Source: Lingula anatina
Lineage: Eukaryota; Animalia; Brachiopoda
NCBI GenBank assembly: GCA_051362555.1
Contig: CM120648.1
Span: 11,156,587 to 11,220,586 of the forward strand
Length of the DNA: 64,000 nucleotides
Reading direction: 5' to 3'
The notes under the pieces were generated by a model, which was given only the letters and a program-made list of their open reading frames with translations, was not told the origin of the DNA and did no database searches. Positions 1-64,000 of the stretch are shown piece by piece (position 1 is the stretch's first letter; each line of letters begins with the position of its first letter). The position numbers and the translations under genes were made by a program.

Positions 1-410
1 CGGTAGTTTCGCATCTTGTGAATATTTTACTTTTTCTTGCATATTCTACCTAAGTTTCCACTCTCTCTCTCTCTCATTTCCTTCGTGTTAACACATAACC
101 CAATAGTCAGCATCAAGTTTAAGATTACATCTATGAATATGGCATATGCTACTTGTATAATGTCGGCAGTGTTCGTTCAGTCCGGTATAACGAAACTGAG
201 AGTCCGTGTAAGAGAAAACCCGCCCTCCATTTTGTTATAATGGTTAGGGTTAGCCTGACCTATGTGGGAGACAATCTAGGGCGAGGCTTACCTGTACAAA
301 TGAATGGGAAGCTGACTCTCTATCATGGGGGACTCCCTGTCACGTTACACCGGCCCTGACCATGTATTAACCGTGGTTTAAGACATTTCACGTGACTCGT
401 ATATATAAAT

Positions 411-458
411 CCCATACGAAAAAGTCCTACAGGATCCTATTGGACTTTTTCGTATGGG
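411..458. mobile_element. Mini-MITE with 17-bp TIRs (CCC...GGG)
   Basis: Perfect inverted pair cccatacgaaaaagtcc / ggactttttcgtatggg. Confidence 0.75.
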
Positions 459-1185
459 GTTTGCCACACATCTTTCTTCCTGCATGCCCTTGGGAACATA
501 GACCCCTGAGGTGATATACACTGATACAGAATGAGATCCGACGAATGTTCACAAAGTTCCTTCTATATTTATCCATGAGGTAATGTTCATTTACGTTTTA
601 TTCTTTAAATGCATTTACACTGGCATATGAATGACATTGCTTCAACATGTTTGCGGAATTCAATGGCAGATCAGTGTTATAAACTTATTAGGGCTGTTAA
701 ATGTCATATTACGGTTAAATTACATATATTTATATAAGATTCCGTTTTGGTTTATCCTGTATTATATTGAATATGGGTGTGGAAATCCAAAGTGAAATGT
801 ACATCAAGACAGAATTGGTGGTTGGGGAAAAGGGGGGGGGGGGCATAAGAAGTGCTGATCACAAACGACTATTACATAACTGGATTTCTGCCAAGAAATG
901 ACCCCTCTCTCACCCTACCAAATTTCTTTTTTATCTGCCAGTGTATTACAGCAAACAAGTGAAGCTTTCCCATTTGCAAAATAAACAGTGGGGTTTTCAG
1001 ATCTTTTTCATACTAACAACTACATTTGAAGCAGCACAAAATTACCTATATATATATGCTCCATTATGAAGATTCCTTAAAATTACAATTTCACAATTCT
1101 AAAGCACATACTACTACATGTACCTGGTACAATGGAAATATCTCCAAATGCAATAATAAGAAGCATAGATGAAAATGACAAGTTA

Positions 1186-1418
1186 GGTCACATTCAGAGC
1201 AGATGATCCTCGGATCTACTGGTCCATGGATCAAATCCTTTCTAATCCTTTAATGGTCTTCCCGCCTCCACATGGATTAAATTTTTGCTTCTGCAGGGCA
1301 GTTGCATGTGGAGGAGGGGTGATCCTTAAGGGATAAGGCAGTCTTGCTTTCATATAGGGTCCACTATATTTGATCCCCAGACCAGTAGATCCGAGGATAA
1401 TCTGTTGTGAATGTGCTC
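1186..1418. mobile_element. MITE family C (Harbinger-like), in the putative 3' UTR
   Basis: TIR ggtcacattcagagcagatgatcctcggatctactggtc / gaccagtagatccgaggataatctgttgtgaatgtgctc; TSD tta/tta. Confidence 0.82.
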
Positions 1419-1890
1419 TTAAACTCGCCGTTTGTGCAATTTATGTAATTGGTGTAGTCTAAATGTCACATCATGCCTAAATACCTTTGCAGGAGCTAGA
1501 TTTTTCATCAACCAAACAAGAAGAATAAATACACTAAAAATGTATTAATTCCTACACTGATGAGCATTGTAAAGCATTTAGAAGCTCATAGGGAACTAAA
1601 ATACGAAATTCAATATACATTAATAATTATAATTTAAAACATTTCACATTTCTAAAATTATGAAAATGATACAGGTTAAAGAATAAAATAGTTCAAAGGG
1701 AGAATGTAAAATTTATACAAAATGAGTTTTTAACTACCCAATACATACAAAAGAATCCCTTTTAGTCTTCAACTTGAACTAGACTAAGACAATGATAGTA
1801 TTTATAATACAATAAACCCAACTACTCTCATGATTCTTTGGCAATATATTCTTGTGTAGACAAAGTGGCTGCAAGTTTGAAAAGAACTAC

Positions 1891-1929
<39 letters not shown>

Positions 1930-2965
1930 TCAGGGAGAAAAGCATTGGCAAAAATGTATAGATAATGTATAGATAAAATTATAGCAATTTACCCATATAC
2001 TAATATAACTCACAATAGTACTGTCTTCGCAGGTGTACATTTACAATATAATATAATATGTAAGTCCAGGCGTGACAAGCTTTTCACCACTTTTCTCTTG
2101 CACAAGGGAGGCAGTGAAAAAGATGGTGCAAAATGGGACAGGTGGGAGAAAATGGGAGAATATTATGGATGAGCAGAGTGCTGTATTTGGCATGGAGTCA
2201 CATGTGAGTATGTTGGGTGTGACAATGTGTCAGTTGAGACAAAGCTGTTGGCATGACAACACTTTTGGTAGGATACCACATTAGGATAGCAATGCTTTGG
2301 AAACAAGCATAGTCATTTTCGCTTTTTTGCTTCATCTCCATTGAACACAAAGGGTGCTACAGATTCCATATGGAGAGTTACAATGTAAGTTTATTCAGTA
2401 TTCTTAAACAGCAGAACGGCAAAACACCATATCACAAGTTTATAAGGTGCTGTATTGCCCTAGAGTAGCCAATATGCACCAAAAGGTTCCTCTTGCTTAC
2501 TTTATCTGAACTATAGGGGTCACCAGTGCATGTCCATCACATCTGTAGGTGTCACTTATGTACAAGAGAGTCCCTTTTTAAACTGTGCTTGCATGTCTCT
2601 TCCATGTCACACATGGATCTCAAAGTAAACGGCATACCAGACACCAAAGTTAATGGTCACACCTTTTCAAACACAAAAAGTTTTCACAGCTTTTCAATGC
2701 AAATGCACTTTATGTTGTAACTCGTGTCTTTTTGCTTTCAATACTTCCTGTGAGAAACCGCTGATTTTCTCAAGTCAGCTGCACCTCAAAGAAGAAGTTA
2801 TGACTTCCTTCATTTAATGTTTCCTGTATGAAAAATATCTGCTGCTTCTCCATGAAGTCCCAGTCTACATTGTTATAACCTGTTGGCCAATATTTCACTA
2901 CTGTGGCTTGTTTTCTGCACTGAAAATGGTCCTAATTTTCAAAGTATAGGTGTCACTACTGTAGC

Positions 2966-52539
<49,574 letters not shown>

Positions 52540-55500
52540 CTGGAAATACAGAATAATATCGATATGAATATGGTTTCTGACATTATCAACATCAACAAAA
52601 ATATTCATTTAATATTTCACCTTGGATCCAATAACCACAAGATTTCATGTAACGAGAATTGTCCAAATGAAAAAATTAAAGTACAATAAGATATGATTGT
52701 AGCTTTTTTCTTTAAATATCAGAGCTTAAACTTTTGCTCAGGCGTTAGATGGTGTGTGTATGTGTGTGAATATGTACTAAATTGATTTTCTCAAAAGAAG
52801 CTGAAAATCTAAACAAGGGAAAAGATGTCACAAAGAGCATTGACTTTTCTCTAGTATATGTCATTGCTGAGAAATTTTGGAGAAAGAAAATCTACACTCT
52901 CTTGCAGAGAAATTTCACTTTTCATGCTTCATATAATGCATATGATATACACTAGTCCAAATGTGGACCGTTTAGATATGAAATTCATCACCAATTTTCA
53001 AAGCAAATATTTCTATCATCCTAAATACTTAGGAAAATTATTCAAAAATGTGAAAAGATATTATATTTCCTTTATGTGAAATTCTTCTGAACAATGCTGG
53101 CAGCATAACAGACATTGTTGAAGTTTTCAAAAGGGCTCATTTTCAGGTCACCACATTTCCTGCTAAACAAAAAATATCTGATTCAGCTTAATTAGCACAT
53201 AATTGGGATTTAAGCAGAGATTCCCATGCACCATTCCATTTCTTGTCAAGATCAGAATCTTATGGCATGGGGCAACTTATGTGCTGTGATCCTCCCATGA
53301 AACAGGTTTGGATGGATTATATATTTAGTTATTTTCCCTTTACACCTTGACAGCCATCTACCTCACTTTTTTATTCTTGAACAACAACAACAAAAACAAT
53401 GGTAACAGAAGCTTCTGTGAATGTCCTTGTGTTTTTATAACAACTAGTGTATTTCAAATATTGTATACACGACAGAATATCTTACTTATAAACTAACAAT
53501 CAATCCCAAAATCTAGTTATGCTCACAAAATTCTTTATCACAACAATAACCCAAGTTTTATCAAGCATATATTTTAAAATGTTGAAAGAAATACGAGTAA
53601 CCTGACCTCTGCCGAAGAAATGAAAACATCAGTCGGGAGAAATACAAGCAATTTACTCAGTTTTCTCCATAATAAAAAGAAAACCGTGTCAGACATTGTG
53701 CAAAATTTTGGAAGAAATTCAAGACGTCTGCTTATTTTCCACTGATTTACTATAATTCATCCATAAAACAGGTGGAGGGCGCTGACACACAATCGAAACC
53801 CACTGAGAGGGAAACATAAATTTCTCCTACGAAACATTAAATGCTATTAGGAAAAAAATCGGAATCAATTACTTCAGAGTTATGTCAAATTTGCTCATTT
53901 TTGATTGCCTCACTAAATCGTCATCCTATTAATGTTCCACACATGGTGAGCAAACGGAGGGTAGTATTTTGGGATTAATTTAAGAAAATGTCAGGGCTGT
54001 AGACAGCAATTTTAATGCCCCCCTCCTCCATCCCCAGTTATTGCAACGTGAGAGCCTAATATCTGTACTTTCTTTACCAGAGAGCTTCAGCCTGTCTTAC
54101 ACATGGTTCGGTCAGATCACAGACTCAAAAAAATTCCACTTTTCATAATCAACTTGTCTAAAGATGAAATCAACAGACAATGGAAAAAATCTAAAACAAC
54201 ATGTTTTGATTCTGTATCTGATAGCTTACATGTGCTTCCTTCAGTTTATCACTGCAACAACTTTTTTCACATACATCTACAAATAAGAAAAAGATGGGAA
54301 TCTTACTGGGACAGGGTCCTACATGTTTATAATGGCCAATGTCTCTGTCACTACTTTTTCCATTTTATGATGCGCACATATCCCATCAACTTATCAAAAA
54401 GAAATGAAATCCTCAACTTACTAGTCTGCAACAACAAAATGATACCGTGAATGATATATACTGACACAGCATTATGTTCCTGGCTCTGACATGTAGCCAA
54501 AGTTTCATAAATATTGAAGTAATCTGGTTCCTCAAAAGTTAGATAGATGGCGCTAGTTGTACACTGGTGCCCTTCTGCATCTCCCCCCCCCCCCCCTCAT
54601 CTTAAATAACCAACTACCACCAATACACCAGGACCACCACCTTTTATCTTTTGGTTATGACCTTGCGAGTATGCAGTTGTATACAGCAGTCATTTTTGAA
54701 AAGAATACTTTTGGGAAAAAAAACTTGAGGAATCAAAGAGCAATGGTGGTATTCATGGGAACCTCCTTTCTCTGTTCATTACAAGGAAGAGTAAGAAAAT
54801 GATTCTTCAAAGAAAGTTTTTACAAAGGGCCTTTTGTGACTTTTTTTGTAAAATAATGCGCATCCACCCTTCCTTCCTGCACTATTGGCAAGAAGACCAG
54901 CACTGTATCCATTGGGTGTAAGCTCCATTACAACATTACTGTTCCTCACAGAAGATGTTGATATCAAGCAGCAATCAGTTTTAAAGTTCAATAATCGATT
55001 TTAAAACAATCAGTGTTGATGAAAGATCAATCATTTCAATGAGAAGATTCAGGAAATTGAATTGAAACAAAACCAGGATACGATTGCCCAATGAACCGCC
55101 TCCTAATCCACTCAGACAACATGGGTTAATTTAGCAAAGGTGTTTTTCTTCTGGCAACTCTTGATTGTTTGATTCGGTTTGGCAAATCATGGAGAAAACA
55201 GTGCAGAAATGGCACTGCTGAGAGAGAGAGAGAGAGAATGATCCATACTGCAGACTGCAGCCTCACAACATCAAATTAAAGCATCCTTATCTCACCCTTA
55301 CAAAACCAATATAGTGGGACACAAAAGGCTACAACATTTTGCCCAAATAACTTTGTCCACTTCAACCCAGGACAAAGAAAAAAGTGAAAAGATGGATACT
55401 TTCCACCCACCTGTCTAGCACTAGTTGACTTGATTACAGGCGTCTAGACAGAAATTAATTGAATTGCCAACCTTGTGTGACAGCCAAGAGCAGGGTCCAG

Positions 55501-55590
55501 GCCAAGAAACTCATTTAAGCCAATGGCCCAGTCAAATAGCCATCACCTTCTAGCTTATTTATAACCAAGACTTCACTGAATAAAATATTA

Positions 55591-55816
55591 GACTGGGTTC
55601 CCATGCCTAGATCGATCCATATGGATTGACCTAACTCCCTGGGGGTTCATGCTTAATTGCTATCAGCTTAAGAGGCTCAAATGTCTGCCACGCCTACCGA
55701 ATCAGCTAGAGGGGTAATTAACTTTCTTGCGCGCTCAGCCTCCCCGATAGCAGATAGCAATTTAGTGAGACTCCCTGCAGAGATAGATCAATTCAAATAT
55801 CTGTGGGAATGGTCCC
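55591..55816 (-). mobile_element. MITE family B variant
   Basis: gactgggttccca...tgggaatggtccc; TSD tta/tta. Confidence 0.82.
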
Positions 55817-57384
55817 TTATTTTCAGGCATGGTCATCTCATGACTCTTATCCTCCACTTCAATACTGAGCCATATTGGGGAAAAAATTTAAAGATTAAGT
55901 TGTGTTATTTTCAACACACTTCTTTAAAATTAGGGGTAAAACATTTTATACAATTTACTATCTATGGCAGCTTGATAAATGAAATAATCAAAAAGCACTG
56001 CATAGTTTATCTATGCTTATTTCAGTAATCTAAATAACTCAAAGTAAATACCCATAAACAAATCTGAATTGGATAATTCAATAAAATAAACAATTTTATC
56101 ATCAAAGCAATAGCTGCATGAACTTATTCCATGTGGTTGACTATTCTTCCTTCTGGTTTCCTAATAAAATCTTTTAAAAGACATTTCCTCAAATATTGGT
56201 TACTTTATTTCTACATGCAGTGCCAATTTAACAAACTTCCATCAGTATACCCCCCCCCCCCCCACCAACCCATCCCCAATCAAAATCATCTTTCAAAGGT
56301 CATGGCATTGTGACCAATCAAAACAATCCTTACATTGTTCCCCAAGGGGCAAAGCCACTTTTAGCCAAACTGTTAAAACTAATATTGTGCTTTTCTTTCG
56401 GTAAAATAACCTTATAGCATTCCCCTCCCCTTTAAATCTCTTCTATGTATATAATTCTAAAAGAATCATTTTATCTGTCACAATATATTAATGTGGTTGC
56501 GATGTACTGGTCTAAAAGTTTTAATAACTAATGGTGGGCTGGCGCTAATTGTTAAAAAGTAAACTAATAAAGCATACTGTGTAAACAAAACTTGCAGACA
56601 ATGTAACAATGCAGTTAATGTATGAATAGGTGTGTTTACACTGGGCAAATTCAGACCGATATATGTTTTAGGCAAAAGAATATATAAAGACACTTGAAAG
56701 TCCATAGTTTTTCAAGAATTTGGGTGCTTCCTCACACTAAACTAAAGCTAAAGATATGGAAGTGAAATGGGTCAATAAAAAGAGTTTGAGCTGATTTCAC
56801 AAAAGAATCTAAGATGGAAAACTGCTTTTAGGTTGAAGAACAAAAGCGTCATTTCAGTTAAAATATGTAGCACGCTATTAACAAAACACATTTGTTGGTC
56901 TAAAACATTGGACCTCTCCCTCCTTTTATAAAACAGGGGTTATCTTTCAGGATTCAATTAGGAATGATTGATAAAAAGACAAGATTTTTGTATCACAGTT
57001 ATGACCAACTTTCTTGGATCTTAAGTTCTGTTGCATTAGTCCTGAACTGGGTGAACATAAAGAAAGTCCAAATTGGCTGTGTGTAAATTTTGCTATTTGC
57101 TGAACAATCTTCCGCAGGGTGTGTGTATATGGCACATTGTGCAGGCAATGAGGGATACACGCATACATATCCCAAAGAGAGGCTTAATCCTAATCCAATG
57201 TACTTAATCCTAATCCCTGTCCCCGCAGGCACGACCTGATTTGTCACATTAAGCTGATGGGGTCATCTGGGACTGATAGTGAGTGAGGTGGTCAAATACC
57301 TAAGTCTTCTCACTTCTTCAGCTGCATTCACAGCAGATTTAACTTGATCCTATAGAAAGAGTAGCTGATGTCCTCAAGGTTTAA

Positions 57385-57641
57385 GGCTTCGTTCACATGC
57401 AATGTCTATTTTCCAAATTCTATTTTCTATTCGCGCTATCTTATGATCACGGTCTGTGCCCTAAATATACTGCCGCGTAATTACTGGCAGCGCGAGCCAG
57501 TTACTTAAAGTAAATTATAGTAACTGGCTCGCGCTGCCAGTAATTACGCTGCGGGATATTCAGGGCACAGACCGTGATCATAAGACATACCGCGAATAGA
57601 AAATAGAATTTAGAAAATAGACATTGCATGTGAATGAAGCC
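57385..57641. mobile_element. Palindromic MITE family A
   Basis: Near-perfect palindrome highly similar to the 14289 copy; TSD taa/taa. Confidence 0.9.
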
Positions 57642-59949
57642 TAAGTTTCACATGATGTGAGTGACTAAAGTGGATCATTATGTATGTTAATCTTAGGACT
57701 CTATTCGACTAGTTCTAATTCTCTAGTTCTCATTCTAATTCAAAGTTGGTGGATGGATTGAAATAAAGCTTCAACAGCTAATGATAAAAGGTTAAAAGAT
57801 GTTACTATGGTGATCTGGACAAGTTCAGTGTCATTGAGCATCAACAGGTGAATTGGACAACAACTCCAATGTTTTTTTTTTTTTTTTGGTCTGAGGAGAG
57901 ATGGGATTTCTGTGCAAACCATCATCTGCAGAAATTACAGGGTCCAACCACTGAAATGTATCTGTCAATCAATTAAGAGAGACCGTCTCCTAGTCACCAG
58001 TCTGAAAAAAAATGGCATAATATTGACTACGTGACAGCAGTGTCAAAACAAATTTTTTTCTGGTGTCACCTGAAAATGACCTTCAAACAAAATTCTTCTC
58101 TGACATCTGGCACTGATGGGTCAAACAAAAACATTTTTATATCTCAGCGGTCTGATAGACCCAGTCTAAACAAAAACCTTAGGAGGGGGTCATCTTGCCA
58201 TGGAAGTCAAATAAAATATTGACATGTGGCAGACAGCAAGGCTGTCCTGTCACCAAGGAGGCTGTCCTGTCACCAAGGACGAAGGACGCATTCACACTGA
58301 TAAAGATAAACAGGCACAAAACAAGTAAAACTGATGCCACAATGATGCACTTACAGTCACCTGGTGATTGCCCAGTTCAGTATTTTCTAAAAGACCAAGA
58401 GACGATGAATTTTAATCATAAAAGGTCAATCTAATCCAATACAATCCTCTACTAATACTGTCTGCTTATATAGTAAGAACTCAGTTAAGCCAGTATAATG
58501 CAACTGGAAATGTGACATAAGAAGACAATAAGTCCCCATTGCAAATGGTAAAGGACACTCTCGTCTGACGGCAGTGAAAGGCTCATTAAAGTTAGGGAGT
58601 AAGGGGAAGCACTGGCTACTAGGATGACGCCTTTTAGTAACATTATGAACTGGAGCAATTTAAACTGGTATAGAACTTACTCATAATTACCTCCAGCAAT
58701 GATGAATTTTCTTAATTCATCTGCACTGGTTGGTTGGTTTATTTGCCAGCAGACAAGATATGTCAAACAGTTCTTCAAAGATTTAAATGAAATTTCAAGG
58801 ATGGACACTTATTCAGGAGAGAAAGAAGTAATTACAATTTCCACTGAATCTTGGTCTCCTAGAATACAAATATTATAATCTTAATTGTCTGCATCTTTGA
58901 GATGCTCTACGAATTTTAATCAGTTTTAACAAAAGTCAAATCACTACATAACATATCTGAGGAAATAAAAGACGATTAACATATTTCTCATGTAATATGA
59001 CAAGCTTAGACAAATAACATATTTCAGTGTCAAAAGGAATGAAATATTTTCTAGTGCTACTCTGTAGACACAGCTGAATATAATAGCCCTGAGCATGTCA
59101 ACTAAACTGGTCTAGACAAATATGTGTCTCTTTCTATCATCAGAAATCTCATAGTAACAATCAAATAATAACAGTCCTAAATACCTGCCAACATTTTTCA
59201 AAGATCTTAATTGTTTAGGAGTATGTGCACCTTAAGTTCAGAGTTTATTGCATGTGCAGTTAAGGGTAAGATGTTGCAATGATGCTGATGGTACAGCATT
59301 CAATCCAAGTTTGTCTCTAAACTCAGGGCTGTGGCCACAAAATCCATTGAAAAATTGATTGATTGTAGCACTGACTTTCATAGAAGACACCCCCCCCCCC
59401 AAGACACAACTAGGAATACTACGTTAGAAGAGGAAAGTATACACACTTTCATTTCAAAAACACCAATTACAAATAATAATGACTTTGAAGTTTCATCAAA
59501 ACATCCGGAGGGTAATAACTTAAATCTTGTCATTTGACTACTCTAGATCTGTGAATTAAATGTAAATTGTCTATGAATTTTCTCACCATCAGTACACCTC
59601 AGTATTGTGTTATATCGTTTTTTTCAATCTTTTCTTTTTTTAAACGAACTTCACGGCAAATAAACCAGCCTTTCTATCAGCAGTCACATCAAAGCGAGTG
59701 TGAAGACGGATCACACTTAGTCCAGCCAATTAATGACCCTTGACCACATAATAGCCCTTGTCCAGACGTAAAACAGGACAAAACTGTGACACGAAACTTA
59801 ACCCGCCCTCCTCAACATCATCCAACCTGTCTTAACACCCATCCATCTTCCTGTTAAGACAGATTTAAACACTAGTTAATTCAAGCTTTAATGGAAGGTT
59901 TAACGTCCATTCTGGCTGGCCCTGGGCGTCCTGTTTTAACCCTAGCGTT

Positions 59950-60435
59950 GGCTGCATTCACACTGGGCTCATCTTTGGTCAACTATTACATGGACTTTCT
60001 GTGCTTGTAATCAAGCGTATTATTCAGTTAAGCTGATAGCAGTTAACGAAAGTCTCCGCAGAGTAAGGGTGCTTCATATAGAACGATGATATTTATGGGA
60101 ATGGGGCCTAATATTGATAATGTCTTGTTACCTATTTGACACCACCATCATCAACAATACAATGGCACATTGTAAACACATAACTGGAGCAATGTAGTTA
60201 AATCTGAGCAGCCATGTAAAAATGATGTGGATATTACAACGTCATGGAAGTCAACATCATGTAATAAAAGAAGAGGATTTTTACATCTTGCAAGCCTGTA
60301 GCTATATGTATTTGATTGCTTGAGAGCATGCTGCAAACTATACGCAATTAAGAAAACAACCGAATCAGGACTGCTCCAGAGCCAAAAAAATAAAAAAATA
60401 AGAGAAGTCCGAAATTGCCCCATGTGAACGGAGCC
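59950..60435. mobile_element. Degenerate Harbinger-like element with a nested family B end (about 60020-60108)
   Basis: Termini ggctgcattcacactggg / cccatgtgaacggagcc; internal atgggaatggggcctaa. Confidence 0.45.
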
Positions 60436-61016
60436 TAGACTAAGAGCACAAGAGAAGAAGTGATTTAAAGTTACTTCTTTGTCAAGAGGTAGATTGTTGA
60501 ATTGTGGGCCTTAAATTGAAGCATTTTCAGTAATTCAATTTTGTAAAAACCTCATTTCTCATCTGTCAAGTAGTGACATCTCAGATTCTGTCAGATTTTG
60601 TCAGCCATGTCCTTCTTATAAGTAACATAATGGTAGACTTTGCCTCCTGAAAGCATGTAAATTAAACTTTTTTTCTAAAATGAATTATCTTTCCCAATTT
60701 GAAAATGCCCTATTAATTATAAGAAATTCAAGTTTTTATTGTATATTTTTTAATCAGAAATATAGCCAAAATATATAGACATCCACTAATTGCTACAAGT
60801 GGGGTGAAATAAGAAGAATAACCATGCTACATAAATCAAACCATGTGATTGTTATACATGAGGACTTAATTACAGATGGCTCTATATCTGTTTAATGTTA
60901 AATCTACTGTAATCACTATGATAAACACAAAGGCCCAGTTCATGATTTTGCATTGTTAAATGGATGCTTTTTTTCTGACACAGTAACACCCATCTCTGCA
61001 GTATGTACACTGCATG

Positions 61017-61107
<91 letters not shown>

Positions 61108-62344
61108 GAACACACACATATTCACCCCCTTTCCATGTATCAAACACAATCAGCTTTAACCTCTCAAAAAATCTGCTTTTTCAACAACGACTTCTGTCCT
61201 TTCTTCCAGATACATAAATAATACCATGTCATTGAAATGACACAAACTTTATCAAACATTCCTCGAATCTAGGGGCAATATTTATCCTGGTCCGCGTGTT
61301 GAATGCACTGAAAAAGAGGTCTGTGTTTGGGAGCTGAAAAACATGCTCAGTTAAATGTCAGACCACACAAGCTGAGCATTTCATCATTTCTTGATTTTCA
61401 ATTACTATTACTGGTACATTTTTGTTATAAAATAGTGCATTGCAACAAAAGAGTAACTAAACCTCTACCTTTGTGCCAAATTAAACTCCACTGCAAAGAG
61501 GTTTCAGCTTGTTATTGTAATAAAAAGGCACACATGAATGAAGTCCCAACTTTAAAAAAAAATCAGTTCTTCCATTAATTCTGATAATGTGAAGAAATGA
61601 AGGTAGTTCTCTGACCAAAATTAAGAAGCTTTTACCAAGATTAATCCAATTATCACAAAATATCCTTTTGGCCATAAACAAGGATCAGGTTGGCCTTTTC
61701 TTACCCATAACAGGGAACATTTTTCTCTAACAAGAACACAATTGTTCATAATGTTGGGACATATGTTTTTTGTTACTGCTCATTTAATTTCAATAGAGGG
61801 CCATTTGTTTGCCCACCGCAGAGTAAAAGTACTAATCAGAACATTTAATGTTTTGGTTGTCTCAATAATTTGACCACAAATGGTCAAATTGTCCATGTCG
61901 CGGTAGTTTCATGTACTTTACACTTGCACTTTAGAAAAAGTTATAATTTATGTTTTACATACAGATATAAAATATAGTGTCCCATTATTAACTTTCTATT
62001 GTTCTTTTGTATTCAGTCTTTTTAAGGCATTCTTTGGCAAAAGCATATTTTTCCATATGATAAGTTTTTTCAAATATATTAAATAACGTGCAATTATGTA
62101 TGTAGATGATGAGAGGCCTACAGCTGATTCTCCTTGACCAGAAAAACAGGCAGTACATGCTAACTGTAAGATCAAATATCTTACTTCCTCATCATCATAT
62201 CAGCCAACATTTTTTAAACAAAGATCTTAAAAGCTGTAAATTGCAAACACACTTTCTCTCTTCCTCTCTCTTCTTCTATATATCTCTTCCTTTTTCTCTT
62301 TCAAATATGGTAATACTTGTTCATGTGCATGTACACACACACAC

Positions 62345-62394
<50 letters not shown>

Positions 62395-63791
62395 CATGCA
62401 CATACATTCTCTTCCTCTCTCTCTCTCTCTCTCTGTTTCTCTTTCAAGCATAAACACACAAACACACACGCACGCACACACACATAGAGAGAGTAGCTGT
62501 GGGCTGTTCTTTATCATGACCTAATCACATTTTCTGCTTTTCCACCTCCAATGACGTAACACCTTCACAATGAAACGTTATCAGCCTGGAGACATTTTCT
62601 ACCAATAACAGACAAACAGTATACCATTACCAATCACCAACTTCTCCAAGGAGGTGGGCAAAATTTACTGCTACTGAGTAAATAAACAGGCTAAAAGATT
62701 TTCATCACCACAACCCGTTATTATTTTTCCACACATTATATGTATATATTCATATCTGCCCTCACAATGGGTAGTATTGTTAATCTTTAACTGGATATCT
62801 TTTCTCAATTTATCTCGATCTGTCCAATTTAGAAAAAGATTTAAGGTTTGTTGCTTGCTATTTCATTGTTTTGACTGATTTGTCAAGCTTTTTTATCTAG
62901 TGAGAAATCAATTATCATCTTTTTATGCTATCTCTTAAATGTTCAAACCCCATTTTTGCAGAGAAGAAAAAAAATTCAAGCATGTAAATTTTTCTTTAAA
63001 TTAACCTTATTCCCTGGTGGTTTTCCCTTTCTTTCATTACATGAAGAAAGAGCCTCAATATGAGACATATTGGACTAGAGAGATGATTCAGTAAAACAAC
63101 CTCATCATGGCCTGGAAGTTTATTTAGTGTAACACACCCGCAACAGGTTTTGGTGGCTAATTACACCCATTACTCACCTCCTTCTGTAACAATGCTCTCA
63201 GTTTAGGTGTATAAACATAACACTGCCACTTTTCTACAGAAAACTGAATCTCTGTTTACTTTCCTTGCCATAATAAACAAAAAGTCATGAGGTGCAAGCG
63301 GCAAAAGTTTCTAATAGAATTGTTCTTCGTTGCTCTAATCTGCACTCCAGATGAAACCCAACAATTGCCCTTTTCAGGGCCCACAATCTTTACACAGCCA
63401 GTAAGATTGTAATTAAGTCATGTTTTGTGCGACTCACTGTTTGAGCAAAGCGAGTCAACTTGCGCTAACTAATTGAATGCATTACCTCATGTATTTATTT
63501 GCGTGTGTACATTTGATGGATGGAAGCTTGATAAAAAGAAAATATTCCATCGGGTGGGTCCTTCAATATTATCCCCACCCAGTGAATGTAGGATACTGGG
63601 TGAATTCCTGACATTAATGCACTAAGTTTATGGTATAATGGGAGGTTCAATATGTCAGCCATTGTGTTATTGTGTGAACAGTTTGTACGATATATGATAT
63701 GTTTTTATTGGGGTAAGAAAAGCAGACATTAGAGAAGAGAGTTATGTGAAAGACAAACTTTTTTTGTCTTTTTCAGCCAAGAGACTAGGTG

Positions 63792-63822
<31 letters not shown>

Positions 63823-63847
63823 ATGCATGTGAGTTTTCTCTCTTCCC

Positions 63848-63886
<39 letters not shown>

Positions 63887-64000
63887 CCTCCCTCTCACTT
63901 CATGTGTTTTTTCTCTCTCCCCCGTCCCTTTCTCTTTCTTTCTTTCCTTCCCTCTCTCTCTCTCTCCTCCTCTCTTCCTCCTTCTCTCTCTCTCTCTCTC

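Noticed and set aside
1-400. CpG-richer segment with short ORFs at the window start
   Set aside because: It is truncated by the window edge and shows no recognisable domain or termini; possibly a repeat fragment.
52540-64000. Search for MEGF6 signal peptide and EMI-domain exons
   Set aside because: No Cys-patterned, splice-bounded segment was found; these exons probably lie beyond the window.

Overview
This is AT-rich, microsatellite- and MITE-laden animal genomic DNA, probably invertebrate; the taxon cannot be fixed from sequence alone. One large minus-strand multi-exon gene, a MEGF6 (multiple EGF-like domains 6) orthologue, spans most of the window. I traced 29 GT-AG exons with consistent phases from 52539 down to 9390 (4401 nt, about 1467 aa). 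They encode 9 N-terminal EGF/cbEGF modules, an RGD-containing linker and a long array of laminin-type EGF repeats. A probable terminal exon lies at 2966-3030. The signal peptide and EMI exons were not found and presumably lie beyond 64000. The introns hold several in-phase candidate exons that the ORF track does not present as exons: a basic Trp-rich early terminal exon (…KHRHSHKWKKWWKKY*), a hydrophobic GPI-signal-like terminal exon, a 32-nt frame-switching micro-exon before a dual-frame last exon (RGD tail versus acidic tail), an 18-nt UGC-flanked micro-exon, a 54-nt RAKR (furin-type) cassette and a 99-nt Thr-rich cassette. Together they suggest an extensive alternative-splicing system for C-terminal tails and linkers. 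This is inferred from splice signals only and needs RNA evidence. The introns also carry several PIF/Harbinger-like MITE families, a 1.9-kb TA-flanked TIR element, a decayed exon duplication and transcription-factor motif clusters.
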